Virus record (IMG/VR): IMGVR_UViG_3300033463_000079
Coordinates: 15,491-79,490 of that record
Length of the DNA stretch: 64,000 bases
Direction: 5' to 3' (one strand)
Source: a virus
Lineage: Duplodnaviria > Caudoviricetes
Shown: positions 28,228 to 37,579 of the stretch, piece after piece
Layout: the number at the start of each line of letters is the position of its first letter
How positions within the stretch are numbered: position 1 is the stretch's first letter
Translations under genes and position numbers: made by a program
Notes under the pieces: generated by a model
What the model was told of the DNA's origin: nothing
Databases searched by the model: none
Seen by the model: only the letters and a program-made list of their open reading frames with translations

Positions 28228-29075
28228 TTTCTAATACAGACAGAGCGTATTGGTTCGGGGCGAGTGATTCATACAAAGTCATAAACCCCAACCACAACAC
28301 GCAGACTTGGCAAAAGTGGTGGAGAGTCAAATGCGGAACAGAAGCCCCCGACTTTACAGGGAACATCTATACAGAGGCAGGGACGAAGTTTGAACACCCA
28401 ATCCTTGAAGCATTTGACAAAGACATCAATATGGACAGGCAGTTGGTTATAGAGGATTTGAGACTGCGCGTCAACTACGACGGAGACAAGGACGGAATGA
28501 TATTTGAGGTCAAGACTCACAAAGCGGATAAGCCGTTTGAAATTACTCCGTACATCGAGGCGCAGGTGCAGACCGAAATGTATGTTTGGCAGGAGTGCCG
28601 AGACGACTTCAAGGGATTATATATCCTGTCTTATGGACTCACAGAGCATGACTATCTAACAGACGAACCTGTGGTAGACAAAAGCCGAATCAAAGTCCAC
28701 AAAGTCAAGTATAAGAAAGGCGAAGTAAAGAAGTTCCTAAAGTGCCTCAAACCTTTAGTAGAGGAGTTAGACAGTATGAGGAAACCATCAATAATGCAGG
28801 ACGAGAAGAAGTGCTATCTCACAGGATATGAGGGAGACGGACTTGATTGTCACCACATATACTTCGGGACGGCAAACAGACGAGTCAGCGACGAGAATGG
28901 ATTTTGGTGTTGGCTACGGCATGATATGCACATAGAAAATTCGCCAAACGCAACACCACATAACGACAAAGAGGTAGACCTCTACTTGAAACAGGAGTGT
29001 CAAAAGAAGTTTGAGGAGACACATTCAAGGGAACGATTCATGGAGTTGATAGGGAGAAATTATTTAGATGATTGA
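28224..29075 (+). CDS. YqaJ-like exonuclease fused to an HNH-like domain
   Basis: FGASD..., YDG...FEVKT..., AQVQ; then CYLTG...CHHIYFG..NR..SDENGF.C.L..H. Confidence 0.7.
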   Translation: MISNTDRAYWFGASDSYKVINPNHNTQTWQKWWRVKCGTEAPDFTGNIYTEAGTKFEHPILEAFDKDINMDRQLVIEDLRLRVNYDGDKDGMIFEVKTHKADKPFEITPYIEAQVQTEMYVWQECRDDFKGLYILSYGLTEHDYLTDEPVVDKSRIKVHKVKYKKGEVKKFLKCLKPLVEELDSMRKPSIMQDEKKCYLTGYEGDGLDCHHIYFGTANRRVSDENGFWCWLRHDMHIENSPNATPHNDKEVDLYLKQECQKKFEETHSRERFMELIGRNYLDD

Positions 29076-29604
29076 GGTAGGAGTTAAAAAGTGTTGGGTT
29101 AAGTTTAAACCACCTGCGCCTCCATTGGTAGGGTTTCAAGTTGACCGCGAGGCTCTTGATGAGTTCAAAGACGTTCTCGGCAAAGACCTTAATGGATATG
29201 TAATAACCCTCAAGAAACCAAAGCAGAAGTCAAGAGATATGCACAACTATATGTGGGCATTGTGCGATGCAATCGCAAAGAAAAGGCATGGTTTCATGTC
29301 GCTCACAAAGGAAGACATATACAGACTTGCAGTTAGGGACGTTGGGTTGTGGAATGATGTCAAAGTTCCAAATGAAAGCACAAAGGAACTAATAGAAGAC
29401 TGGCAGAGAAATGGAATTGGTTGGTTTGCGGAGACAGTATTCCGTGGAGACGAAGAAACAACCATAAGGCTTTACAGAGGCGCAAGCGTGTACGATGCAG
29501 AGCAATTATATAGACTCACAAATTACGTCGTACAGATGGCAAATGATGTTGGAATAAACACAATAACTAAAAGTGAAATGGAACAGTTAAAGGAGAAATG
29601 GTAA
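29068..29604 (+). CDS. NinB/Orf-like recombination mediator
   Basis: SRDMHNYMWALCDAIA...GAS.YD...L...V.QMA..GI. Confidence 0.65.
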   Translation: MIEVGVKKCWVKFKPPAPPLVGFQVDREALDEFKDVLGKDLNGYVITLKKPKQKSRDMHNYMWALCDAIAKKRHGFMSLTKEDIYRLAVRDVGLWNDVKVPNESTKELIEDWQRNGIGWFAETVFRGDEETTIRLYRGASVYDAEQLYRLTNYVVQMANDVGINTITKSEMEQLKEKW

Positions 29605-30344
29605 TGGCAGAACGGAGAATGTTTGCAAAGACAATAGTAACGAGCGACGCGTTTCTCGACATGCCAATGAGTGCAAGGTGTCTGTACTTTACGCTCGGCA
29701 TGTTCGCGGACGACGATGGGTTTGTCAATTCCCCGAAGTCTATTATGAGGCAGGTCGGTGCTACACAGGACGACATGCAGATTCTAATAGCAAAGAAGTT
29801 CGTTCTCCTGTTCGATAGTGGAGTAATAGTAATCAAGCATTGGCGGATAAACAATTATCTCCGCTCCGACAGATATAAGGAGACAACTTACATCGAGGAA
29901 AAGGCGGAGTTGACGGTAGAAGACAATGGTGCTTACACGAAAAATAATGATGGTATACCAACTGGTATACCAATGGTAGACCATTGTGAAACCCATAATA
30001 GTATAGGTAAGGATAGTATAGATAAGAATATATACGGCGAGTTCAAGAACGTGAGACTCAAAGAAGAAGAGTTCACCAAACTCAAGGAGAAGTTCCCAAA
30101 GGACTACAAAGACAGGATAGAGGCTCTGTCGGTATATATGCGGTCAAAGGGTAAGACCTACAAAGACCACTACGCGACCATACTATCGTGGGCAAGGAAA
30201 GAAGAGCGCGAGAAACCAAAGGTCATAGAGCCTAAAAAGTATAAAGAGTTCGTTAAAGAGGATTATGAGAGGGACGATTTCAAGGCAGAGCAGATGCCAC
30301 AGGAATTGAGAGAAAGGTTAGGAGGTATGTTCAATGCAGGTTAG
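29598..30344 (+). CDS. Replication initiator / replisome organizer
   Basis: AERRMFAKTIVTSDAFLDMPMSARCLYFTLGMFADDDGFV; C-terminal YKDHYATILSW. Confidence 0.85.
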   Translation: MVMAERRMFAKTIVTSDAFLDMPMSARCLYFTLGMFADDDGFVNSPKSIMRQVGATQDDMQILIAKKFVLLFDSGVIVIKHWRINNYLRSDRYKETTYIEEKAELTVEDNGAYTKNNDGIPTGIPMVDHCETHNSIGKDSIDKNIYGEFKNVRLKEEEFTKLKEKFPKDYKDRIEALSVYMRSKGKTYKDHYATILSWARKEEREKPKVIEPKKYKEFVKEDYERDDFKAEQMPQELRERLGGMFNAG

Positions 30345-30660
30345 TGGACAGGCAACAGTATTCCGCAACGAGCATGACGGAATGAATGGTAAGTGGTATT
30401 CATACGCAGTCGGCGTATCAAGCAAAAAGCAGGACGGAACGTGGGTAAGTTCATACTTACCTACAAAGTTCCGCAAGGGTATCGAGGTAGACAACAAGGC
30501 GAGAATCGACATTAAAGATGGGTTCTTGACTGCGAGAGAATACGAGTCCAACGGAGAAAAAAAGAAAGTCATCGAATTGATGGTTCTTGAGTTCTACATG
30601 ATAGATGAGAAGAACGACACAGGATTCACGGCTCTTACGGACGATGACGTTCCGTTTTAA
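30334..30660 (+). CDS. ssb: Single-stranded DNA-binding protein (OB fold)
   Basis: OB-like strands and acidic tail ending DDDVPF. Confidence 0.75.
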   Translation: MQVSGQATVFRNEHDGMNGKWYSYAVGVSSKKQDGTWVSSYLPTKFRKGIEVDNKARIDIKDGFLTAREYESNGEKKKVIELMVLEFYMIDEKNDTGFTALTDDDVPF

Positions 30661-30662
30661 GA

Positions 30663-31019
30663 ATGATTAGGGATTGGGCAGAGAAAGAACTTAATATGGA
30701 TTACTCCAACATCGGAGTCGTGTGTAGTGACATAGACTTGTTCCACGTTACTCCCGCAGGGTTCTTGATTCTCGGTGAGATAAAGAATCTCAAAGGTGAG
30801 TTTAAGCAGGGGCAGAAAGCACTTTTATCCAAGATTGTCGATGCGCACAAATACGGCGGTACAGTCTTATTCATTACACACGACAAAGATGTCCATTCGG
30901 GAGACAAGGTTGTAGATGTGGCGGATTGCCTCGTTGAAGAATACTACTGGAATGGAGAGTGGATAACCCCATATAGGTTTATAACAGTTAAAGATGCTAT
31001 GAGAAAGTTAGAGAGGTAA
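30663..31019 (+). CDS. PD-(D/E)XK nuclease-like protein
   Basis: SDID.F...ILGEIK...GQ. Confidence 0.5.
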   Translation: MIRDWAEKELNMDYSNIGVVCSDIDLFHVTPAGFLILGEIKNLKGEFKQGQKALLSKIVDAHKYGGTVLFITHDKDVHSGDKVVDVADCLVEEYYWNGEWITPYRFITVKDAMRKLER

Positions 31020-31024
31020 AGAGA

Positions 31025-31798
31025 ATGAAAGAGACTGGTTACAACATTTATGAGACAACCAACTACTCTATGTTCAAGAGCATGGAGGGCAACAGAGCCG
31101 TTACAGACGGCAGAGTAAGCAAAATCGTTGAGTCCATCAACAAGGTTGGATATGTCCTGTCGCCGATTCTCGTCAACGAGAAGATGGAAGTCATTGACGG
31201 ACAGGGCAGACTGTCGGCATTAGAGAGACTGCGCCTACCTGTGCATTATATGATACAGGACGGCATAGGAATCAACGAGTGTATTCAGATGAATATTCAT
31301 CAGAGCAATTGGGGTCTCACAGACTTCGTAAAATCCTACGCGATACGAGGCAACGAGAACTACCAGAGACTGCAGAGTCTATTGGATATTTACAAAGAGT
31401 TACCGACAGGCACAGTAATCATGTGCGCTACAGGAAACAACTACACGCATAGTGGGTGGTTGAACGCGAGACTAAAGAATGGAAAGGTGGAAGTCTCGGA
31501 GAAAGATTATGAACGCGCAAGATGGGAACTTGACTACTGCCTAAAGACACGGCAGGCGGCGAAGACCATCGGTGGGAAGAAAGAGCCGTTCTACGGCGCG
31601 GTGGTATACGCATATAGAAATCTCTCTTCCGAGGGCAGAAACAGAATGGAAGACATAATAAGACAGCATGCTTATGACTTTCCAAGCCTTACGAAACCTG
31701 TGGAATACCTCAAGAGGTTTGATGGTTTCTACAACGCAGGAGTGACAAAGGCAAAGAGAATCAAACTCGCGGTACAATGGGAAATTGACACGATGTAA
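31025..31798 (+). CDS. ParB/Srx-like domain protein
   Basis: GNRAV...SPILVNEKMEVIDGQGRL.A. Confidence 0.75.
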   Translation: MKETGYNIYETTNYSMFKSMEGNRAVTDGRVSKIVESINKVGYVLSPILVNEKMEVIDGQGRLSALERLRLPVHYMIQDGIGINECIQMNIHQSNWGLTDFVKSYAIRGNENYQRLQSLLDIYKELPTGTVIMCATGNNYTHSGWLNARLKNGKVEVSEKDYERARWELDYCLKTRQAAKTIGGKKEPFYGAVVYAYRNLSSEGRNRMEDIIRQHAYDFPSLTKPVEYLKRFDGFYNAGVTKAKRIKLAVQWEIDTM

Positions 31799-31806
31799 CT
31801 AATTGT

Positions 31807-31838
31807 GAGGGGTTGTATGAAAAACCATATAACCCCTC
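31807..31838. other. 13-bp stem-loop without a U-tail
   Basis: GAGGGGTTGTATG-AAAAAC-CATATAACCCCTC. Confidence 0.6.
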
Positions 31839-31858
31839 GAAAGAAAAGGAGAAAAGAA

Positions 31859-32080
31859 ATGAATTGGAGAGAATATTTGAAGAAGATAATAAACGAGGCG
31901 GTAGACAGTCAGTATGACAAAGGATATATCGCGGGGTACAATGCCCACAAGATAGAAGACAAGAATGAGCGTGACCACAACCTGTTAGACCTTTACAGAA
32001 GAGGGTATCAGCAGGGCTACGCAGACGCGCAGGCAGAGATTGGCGAGATAACCATTGATGATTTGGGGGCGATGGAGTGA
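31859..32080 (+). CDS. Hypothetical protein (GYxxGY repeats)
   Basis: AAGGAG SD; YDKGYIAGY..GYQQGYAD. Confidence 0.55.
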   Translation: MNWREYLKKIINEAVDSQYDKGYIAGYNAHKIEDKNERDHNLLDLYRRGYQQGYADAQAEIGEITIDDLGAME

Positions 32081-32400
32081 CAGACTTAATATCAAGAGCC
32101 GATGCGATAGAGGCGGTGTGCCGTGAAATATGCGATACAAGGCGTGATAAATGTGAAACAATGGCAGACGGAAATTGCGGAATTATACAACGATTAGAGG
32201 CACTACCATCAGCCGATGCCGTACATGGTGAGTGGGAACATTGGGGAAGTCCGTTCAGCGATGAGAGCGAAGTCATAGACACCATTGTGTGTTCAGTATG
32301 TGGAGCAAGATTCATTGAGCCGAAAGACGAGCCAAAAGGGGAGTACAACTATTGTCCATCGTGCGGAGCGAGAATGTACAAAGGCGGTGATGATGAATGA
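32077..32400 (+). CDS. Zinc-ribbon accessory protein
   Basis: LPSADAVHGEW...CSVCG...NYCPSCGARM. Confidence 0.7.
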   Translation: MTDLISRADAIEAVCREICDTRRDKCETMADGNCGIIQRLEALPSADAVHGEWEHWGSPFSDESEVIDTIVCSVCGARFIEPKDEPKGEYNYCPSCGARMYKGGDDE

Positions 32401-32609
32401 TTGTTGTTTGCCACGAAGATGATTATTTTGAGAAAACACCAATAGAAAAGCAAAGAGTGTGTTGCAACTGTCGCAACCGCAAAACAAGCGAAATAGTAAG
32501 CAAGTGTATGATAGACGGACACTACATTGGATATGTTCAATGCTTCACTAATTGGTGCAGACATTGGGCAACGGACGAATTGAAATGGATAGGCGGTGAT
32601 TCAGAATGA
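32397..32609 (+). CDS. Small Cys-rich protein
   Basis: CCNCRN..C...C...C; ATGA overlaps. Confidence 0.55.
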   Translation: MIVVCHEDDYFEKTPIEKQRVCCNCRNRKTSEIVSKCMIDGHYIGYVQCFTNWCRHWATDELKWIGGDSE

Positions 32610-32824
32610 GATTACCACAAGATAGGATACTACATATAGATACAGAACTTGCTGGAGATGAAGTGCGAGTTGTGGCAGAGTGTCAAGGCGAATTGGTGCG
32701 GTGTAAGGATTGCCGACACTATCTTATAGATGAATTTACTGCTACAACGGGGTGGTGTTATGAGATAAAGAATAGCGTAAATGAAGACGATTTCTGTTCA
32801 TACGGAGAAAGGAGAAAGCCATGA
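32606..32824 (+). CDS. Small Cys-rich protein
   Basis: LVRCKDCRHY...C...DDFCSYGERR. Confidence 0.6.
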   Translation: MRLPQDRILHIDTELAGDEVRVVAECQGELVRCKDCRHYLIDEFTATTGWCYEIKNSVNEDDFCSYGERRKP

Positions 32825-32988
32825 TTTGCTACCAAGATAAAACATTCTGCATAAGGGATTGTGCCAATATGAAGTGCAGTATCAACAAGAAGAACATCAA
32901 CAAACCGAAAGACCTTGAATGGATGCCAATATCATACTCTGACTTCAAGGACTGCGATAGGTACAAGGCAGAAAGGAGAGAGCCATGA
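32821..32988 (+). CDS. Small Cys-rich protein (55 aa, not in track)
   Basis: MICYQDKTFC..DC.N.KC...DC.RY; ATGA overlaps on both sides. Confidence 0.55.
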   Translation: MICYQDKTFCIRDCANMKCSINKKNINKPKDLEWMPISYSDFKDCDRYKAERREP

Positions 32989-33191
32989 CAATAGCATTAG
33001 CATTGTGGTGCATTGCAATATGTGAAGCAATAAGACTTTTACAGAATACGTTGCAGCTCATCATGTCCCAGAAAGACCTTAATGCAAGGTTATTATCCAA
33101 CAGACGTTATATCGACGGACTTAATGAGCTTGATAAGATGTTGAATGAAATAAGGGAGAATGAGGATCATGAAACTATTAATCACAATTGA
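32985..33191 (+). CDS. Small membrane-anchored hypothetical protein
   Basis: Hydrophobic N-terminus; GAAAGGAG SD. Confidence 0.5.
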   Translation: MTIALALWCIAICEAIRLLQNTLQLIMSQKDLNARLLSNRRYIDGLNELDKMLNEIRENEDHETINHN

Positions 33192-33342
33192 CGGAGAACC
33201 AAAAGAAGTAGCACAGTTTCTGAAGGAAATTGGTAAGGAAGAGAAGAGAGTCACAAACATTTCCACAGGAACGGAAGGAAAACATCCTGGTGCATCGACT
33301 TCATACACATACCTGCAAGGCGCAGGAGAACCGAGATATTAA
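33169..33342 (+). CDS. Hypothetical protein
   Basis: MKLLITIDGEPKEVAQFLKEI; GAGG SD. Confidence 0.5.
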   Translation: MKLLITIDGEPKEVAQFLKEIGKEEKRVTNISTGTEGKHPGASTSYTYLQGAGEPRY

Positions 33343-33377
33343 GTGTGGGAGAAAAAGAGAGTCTCCTTTGTTATCGT
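33343..33377 (+). promoter_or_regulatory. Putative late promoter (motif copy 1) upstream of terS
   Basis: GTGTGGGAGAAA-N17-TATCGT. Confidence 0.65.
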
Positions 33378-33402
33378 AAAAGGTGCAAAGGAGATTTTTA
33401 TT

Positions 33403-33930
33403 GTGGCGAGGAAAGGAAGAGAACAATACGACTGGGAAGCAATACGGCACGAGTATGTTTCATCCGAGATGACTACGAAGGAACTGGCGGAGAAACACGG
33501 CATTCGTGTGCGTACTGTAGAGGACAGATGTGCGAAGGAAGGATGGGTTCAGCAGCGTAAGGACTTCGTCGCAAGGGTGGCGGAAAGGACGACCATTAAG
33601 GCGACGGAAAAAATCGCAGAGAGTCAGTCCGAGGTTTTAGCAAAGGTTCTGACGTGTGTGGATGTTGGAGCAGACAAGGCGCTGCAGCTCCTGGAAGGCG
33701 ACGTCAGTGCAGCAGCATTGGAGCACATCATCAATTCACTTCAGGGTATCGAGAACATGGCACGGAGCATCCAGAGGATCCTCACGTTGCAGCAGGAACA
33801 CAAGATGTATATCGAGAACGAGCGACTGAAGATGGATCAGCAGAGAGCGGAAGCATTTAATCCGGACAGCGAGATCGTGATCCGGATAGAAGGTGCGAAA
33901 GCATCCGACGTTGAGGAGTGGGCAAAGTGA
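33403..33930 (+). CDS. terS: Terminase small subunit
   Basis: DWEAIRHEYV...KELAEKHGI..RTV..RCAKEGW HTH; directly before terL; GTG start after AAGGAG. Confidence 0.75.
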   Translation: MARKGREQYDWEAIRHEYVSSEMTTKELAEKHGIRVRTVEDRCAKEGWVQQRKDFVARVAERTTIKATEKIAESQSEVLAKVLTCVDVGADKALQLLEGDVSAAALEHIINSLQGIENMARSIQRILTLQQEHKMYIENERLKMDQQRAEAFNPDSEIVIRIEGAKASDVEEWAK

Positions 33931-35330
33931 TCAAGACCATTCCGAAACCAAATCCGAAGCAGGTGCAGTTTCTACAGGCACATCAGAAGTACGTGGGATA
34001 CGGTGGTGCGAGAGGAGGCGGCAAGTCCTGGGCAGTCAGAACGAAGGCCATGCTGCTCGCAGCAAACTATCCTGGGATCAAGATGCTCATCGTGAGAAGG
34101 ACTTATCCGGAGCTTGAAGGTAACCACATCGCAATACTGCGGAGTCTTACGGTCGGCATAGCACACTACAATTCAACGAACAAGGAACTGCGATTCGTGA
34201 ATGGATCCACCATCAAGTTCATGTACTGTGCGAAGGATGCGGATCTGGACAAGCTGCAAGGACTTGAGTACGACGTGATCTTCATCGATGAAGCGACGCA
34301 TCTGTCCGAGTATCAGATGAAGGCCATCACTGCATGCTGCAGAGGAGTCAACAACTTTCCGAAGAGGATCTACTACACGACCAATCCAGGCGGACAAGGT
34401 CATGCGTACATGAAGCGGATCTTCGTGGATCGACGGTTCAATGCGAGAGAGAATCCGGACGACTACATCTTCATCCAGGCGCTCGTAGATGACAACACGG
34501 CACTGATGACATATCAGCCGGAGTACGTCGAGCAGCTCGAAGCATTGCCGGAGAAGCTGCGGAAGGCATGGCGAGAAGGCCGGTGGGATGTCTTTGAAGG
34601 GCAGGTGTTTGGAGAGTTCCGAGACGAAGAGAGCGGATACAAGAACCAGAGATGGTCGCACGTGATAGATCCGTTTCCTATTCCGGAGTCCTGGCAGATC
34701 TACAGAGGATTCGACTGGGGATATGCGAAGCCGTTCTCTGTCGGATGGTATGCATGCAGCCACAAGGGAGTCCTCTATAGGATCCGTGAACTGTACGGAT
34801 GCACAGGCGAGGCCGACGTAGGTGTGGAATGGACTGCAGCGGAAGTCGGGCAGAAGATCTACGAGATCGAGCACACGGATCAGCAGCTCATCGGAAGGAA
34901 TATACACGGCATAGCAGATCCTGCCATATTCGCAGCGGATGGTGGCGAGAGTATCGCAGAGTCTTTGGAGAAGTGCCAGGTGTACTTCGACAAGGGAGAT
35001 CATCAGAGGCTGCCGGGCAAGATGCAGTGCCACTATAGACTCGCATTTGATGAGAAGGGAAAGTCGATGTTCTACGTGTTCAAGACGTGTCCGAACTTTA
35101 TCCGGACGATACCGGCACTCATCTATTCAGAGACAGATCCGGAAGACGTGGACACGCACATGGAAGATCACATCTACGACGAGTGGAGATACGTGTGCAT
35201 GTCACGGCCTATAGCTCCGAGGAAGAAGATCATCAAGAACGTACCGAGACCAGGCAGCGTGGAAGATCCACTGAACATGGTCAAGGACGAGTGGGAGAAA
35301 GAGAACTATTTCAACATAGAATTGTTTTAA
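33927..35330 (+). CDS. terL: Terminase large subunit (PBSX-like)
   Basis: GGARGGGKS Walker A, VIFIDEA Walker B, TNPGG, RGFDWGY nuclease, DHIYDEWRY. Confidence 0.95.
   Translation: MIKTIPKPNPKQVQFLQAHQKYVGYGGARGGGKSWAVRTKAMLLAANYPGIKMLIVRRTYPELEGNHIAILRSLTVGIAHYNSTNKELRFVNGSTIKFMYCAKDADLDKLQGLEYDVIFIDEATHLSEYQMKAITACCRGVNNFPKRIYYTTNPGGQGHAYMKRIFVDRRFNARENPDDYIFIQALVDDNTALMTYQPEYVEQLEALPEKLRKAWREGRWDVFEGQVFGEFRDEESGYKNQRWSHVIDPFPIPESWQIYRGFDWGYAKPFSVGWYACSHKGVLYRIRELYGCTGEADVGVEWTAAEVGQKIYEIEHTDQQLIGRNIHGIADPAIFAADGGESIAESLEKCQVYFDKGDHQRLPGKMQCHYRLAFDEKGKSMFYVFKTCPNFIRTIPALIYSETDPEDVDTHMEDHIYDEWRYVCMSRPIAPRKKIIKNVPRPGSVEDPLNMVKDEWEKENYFNIELF
35289..35322 (+). promoter_or_regulatory. Possible late promoter (degenerate copy) upstream of portal
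   Basis: GAGTGGGAGAAA-N16-TAGAAT inside the terL 3' end. Confidence 0.4.
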
Positions 35331-35341
35331 GGAGATAGCAA

Positions 35342-37204
35342 ATGGATTTAGAAAAGACGACAGTGATCGGCAGAGACGAGATTCTTGAGGCCGATGAGAT
35401 CCTGAAGAAGTACAAGTCAGGCAAGGAGAGCATCGATGCCAAGGTCACAGAGAACCAGGAGTGGTGGCGGCAGCGACACTGGGAACAGATCAAGAAGGGC
35501 GACACGACGGTAAGGGATGAGTCGAGGCCTGTATCCGCCTGGATGTTCAACAGTATCATCAACAAGCATGCGGACATCATGGACAACTATCCGAAGCCGA
35601 ACATCCTTCCGAGATCAGAAGAGGACGCAGAGTATGCGGAGAGACTGACGGACATCATTCCGGTCACGCTGACGAGATGCCACTACAAACAGGTATACTC
35701 GAAGGCCGGTTACGACATCCAGATCGAAGGCGGACGTGCGACCGGTGTGTTCTGGGATCAGACTCTGGACAATGGCATGGGCGGCAACGTGGTCAAGAAC
35801 TGCGACGTGCATAACCTATTCTGGGAGCCAGGTGTCGAGGATATCCAGGACTCTGCGAACTTCTTCAACGTGACGCTGATGGACGTTGACGACATGAAGG
35901 TCATGTATCCGGAACATGCGGAAGAGCTGAAGCCGCTCGATGCAGGAACCGTCGCCAAGTACGTACATGACGACAACATTGATACGACAAATAGCTGCGA
36001 GGTAGTGGACTGGTATTACAAGAAGGTAGTCATGGTGGAAGGCATCACGGACGAGATGGGCAGAAGTCTGTACACGTCTCCGAAGACCGTGCTGCATTAC
36101 GTCAAATACTGCGGCGACGTGGTTCTATATGCATCAGAGGACGATCCGGCATGTGCGGAAGGTTACTACCATCACGGACTGTATCCATTCGTCATCAAGC
36201 CGCTGTTCCCGGTCAAGGATACTCCTTGGGGATTCGGTTACGTTGACGTCATGAAGAGTCCGCAGAAGTACATCGACGTGGTAGACGAAGCCATCCTGAA
36301 GAATGCCAGGATGAAGACGACTCCGAGATACTTCGTGAAGAAGTCGGCGGAGATAGATCTCAACACGTTTGCGGACTGGTCAAAGCTCATCATCCCGGTA
36401 TCCGGATCGGATCTGGACGACGTGCTGAAACCGGTGGACGTGGACTCGATACCACATGCGGTAATGGCATATCAGCAGAACAAGATCGACGAACTGAAGG
36501 AGACGTCCGGAAACAGAGATTTCTCACAGGGATCCACAGCAGCAGGAGTCACGGCAGCATCCGCAATCGCATCACTGCAGGAAGCCGGATCCAAGTTAGC
36601 ACGAGATCTGAATGCGATCCTCTATGATGCACATCAGGAAGAAGTCTACATGATGGTCGAGAACCTTCGTCAGTTTGCTGACAGGCCGCAGTCGTATCGT
36701 GTGGACGACGGTGCAGGCGGATTCAGATTCGTGGAGCTTGACACATCTCTGATCCAGGATTCAGTGTTCGACGTTGAGATCGTGGCGGAGAAGCAGAGTC
36801 CGTTCTCAAGAGCAGCGCAGAACGAGACTGCAAAGGAGATGTACTCGATGGGTATGTTTGCTCCGGAGAATGCGCTCGCTACACTGGCATGCCTGGACAT
36901 GATGCAGTTTGAAGGGATTGAGGAAGTGAAGCAGAACGTAATGCAGAATTCAGAGTTCCTTCAGCAGTTCCAACAGATGCAGGCGCTCATACTTGAAGCG
37001 GATGCGTATCTTCCTGGACTTGCTATGCAGGCAGGACTCATTGATCCGCAGCAGGTACAGATGGCAGCGCAGGAAGAACAGGAACGTGGGATGCTTGGCA
37101 AGAACGGCATGACAGCAAATGAGAGAGCTGCCAGGACGGACACTGACACGACACTTATGGCAAAGGCGAGAGTGAAGGCCGCAAATCAGGCCTCGATAGG
37201 ATAA
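35342..37204 (+). CDS. Portal protein (P22-like)
   Basis: 620 aa after terL; IDELKETSGNRDFSQG..AGVTAASAI..LQE portal motifs. Confidence 0.85.
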   Translation: MDLEKTTVIGRDEILEADEILKKYKSGKESIDAKVTENQEWWRQRHWEQIKKGDTTVRDESRPVSAWMFNSIINKHADIMDNYPKPNILPRSEEDAEYAERLTDIIPVTLTRCHYKQVYSKAGYDIQIEGGRATGVFWDQTLDNGMGGNVVKNCDVHNLFWEPGVEDIQDSANFFNVTLMDVDDMKVMYPEHAEELKPLDAGTVAKYVHDDNIDTTNSCEVVDWYYKKVVMVEGITDEMGRSLYTSPKTVLHYVKYCGDVVLYASEDDPACAEGYYHHGLYPFVIKPLFPVKDTPWGFGYVDVMKSPQKYIDVVDEAILKNARMKTTPRYFVKKSAEIDLNTFADWSKLIIPVSGSDLDDVLKPVDVDSIPHAVMAYQQNKIDELKETSGNRDFSQGSTAAGVTAASAIASLQEAGSKLARDLNAILYDAHQEEVYMMVENLRQFADRPQSYRVDDGAGGFRFVELDTSLIQDSVFDVEIVAEKQSPFSRAAQNETAKEMYSMGMFAPENALATLACLDMMQFEGIEEVKQNVMQNSEFLQQFQQMQALILEADAYLPGLAMQAGLIDPQQVQMAAQEEQERGMLGKNGMTANERAARTDTDTTLMAKARVKAANQASIG

Positions 37205-37488
37205 TGACAAAGATAATCATCAGCGCCGGAGACGACGGTGGATCCTTCTTCTTCGACTGCGAGAACCATTCCGGAGATCACGACGTCTGCACGATAGCAT
37301 CGACGCTGTGCAATGTAGTGGTACAGAGATGCATGGACATGGGGTTCGAGATCGACACATACGAACCTGGACACGTGCGGATCTGCGGAGACAAATGCGA
37401 CGAAGGAACGAACGTCGTTCTGCGTACAGTTCTCAAGGTATTCGAGGAGATGGAGCGTCAGAATCCGGACAACGTGAAAGTTTATTAA
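37204..37488 (+). CDS. prp: Prp-family (ribosomal L27-processing) cysteine protease
   Basis: NHSG..DVC..ASTL His/Cys motif, ~94 aa, ends QNPDNVKV; lies between portal and scaffold. Confidence 0.7.
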   Translation: MTKIIISAGDDGGSFFFDCENHSGDHDVCTIASTLCNVVVQRCMDMGFEIDTYEPGHVRICGDKCDEGTNVVLRTVLKVFEEMERQNPDNVKVY

Positions 37489-37490
37489 AA

Positions 37491-37525
37491 GTGTGGGAGA
37501 AATCCGCTTCACTTTTGATTATATT
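37491..37525 (+). promoter_or_regulatory. Putative late promoter (motif copy 2) upstream of scaffold/capsid
   Basis: GTGTGGGAGAAA-N17-TATATT. Confidence 0.7.
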
Positions 37526-37579
37526 AGACTCATCAATTCAGAGGTCGCATCTCTATAAAAATGCAGAGAGGAGAATTGA

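Larger units (their letters stand above)
1..33000 (+). mobile_element. Phage A: partial podovirus-like phage genome (capsid to early genes), Firmicutes host likely
   Basis: Co-oriented capsid, adaptor, nozzle, fibre, lysis, ejection and replication genes; AGGAG SD sites; no tape measure or tail tube; right boundary uncertain (32050-33050). Confidence 0.85.
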
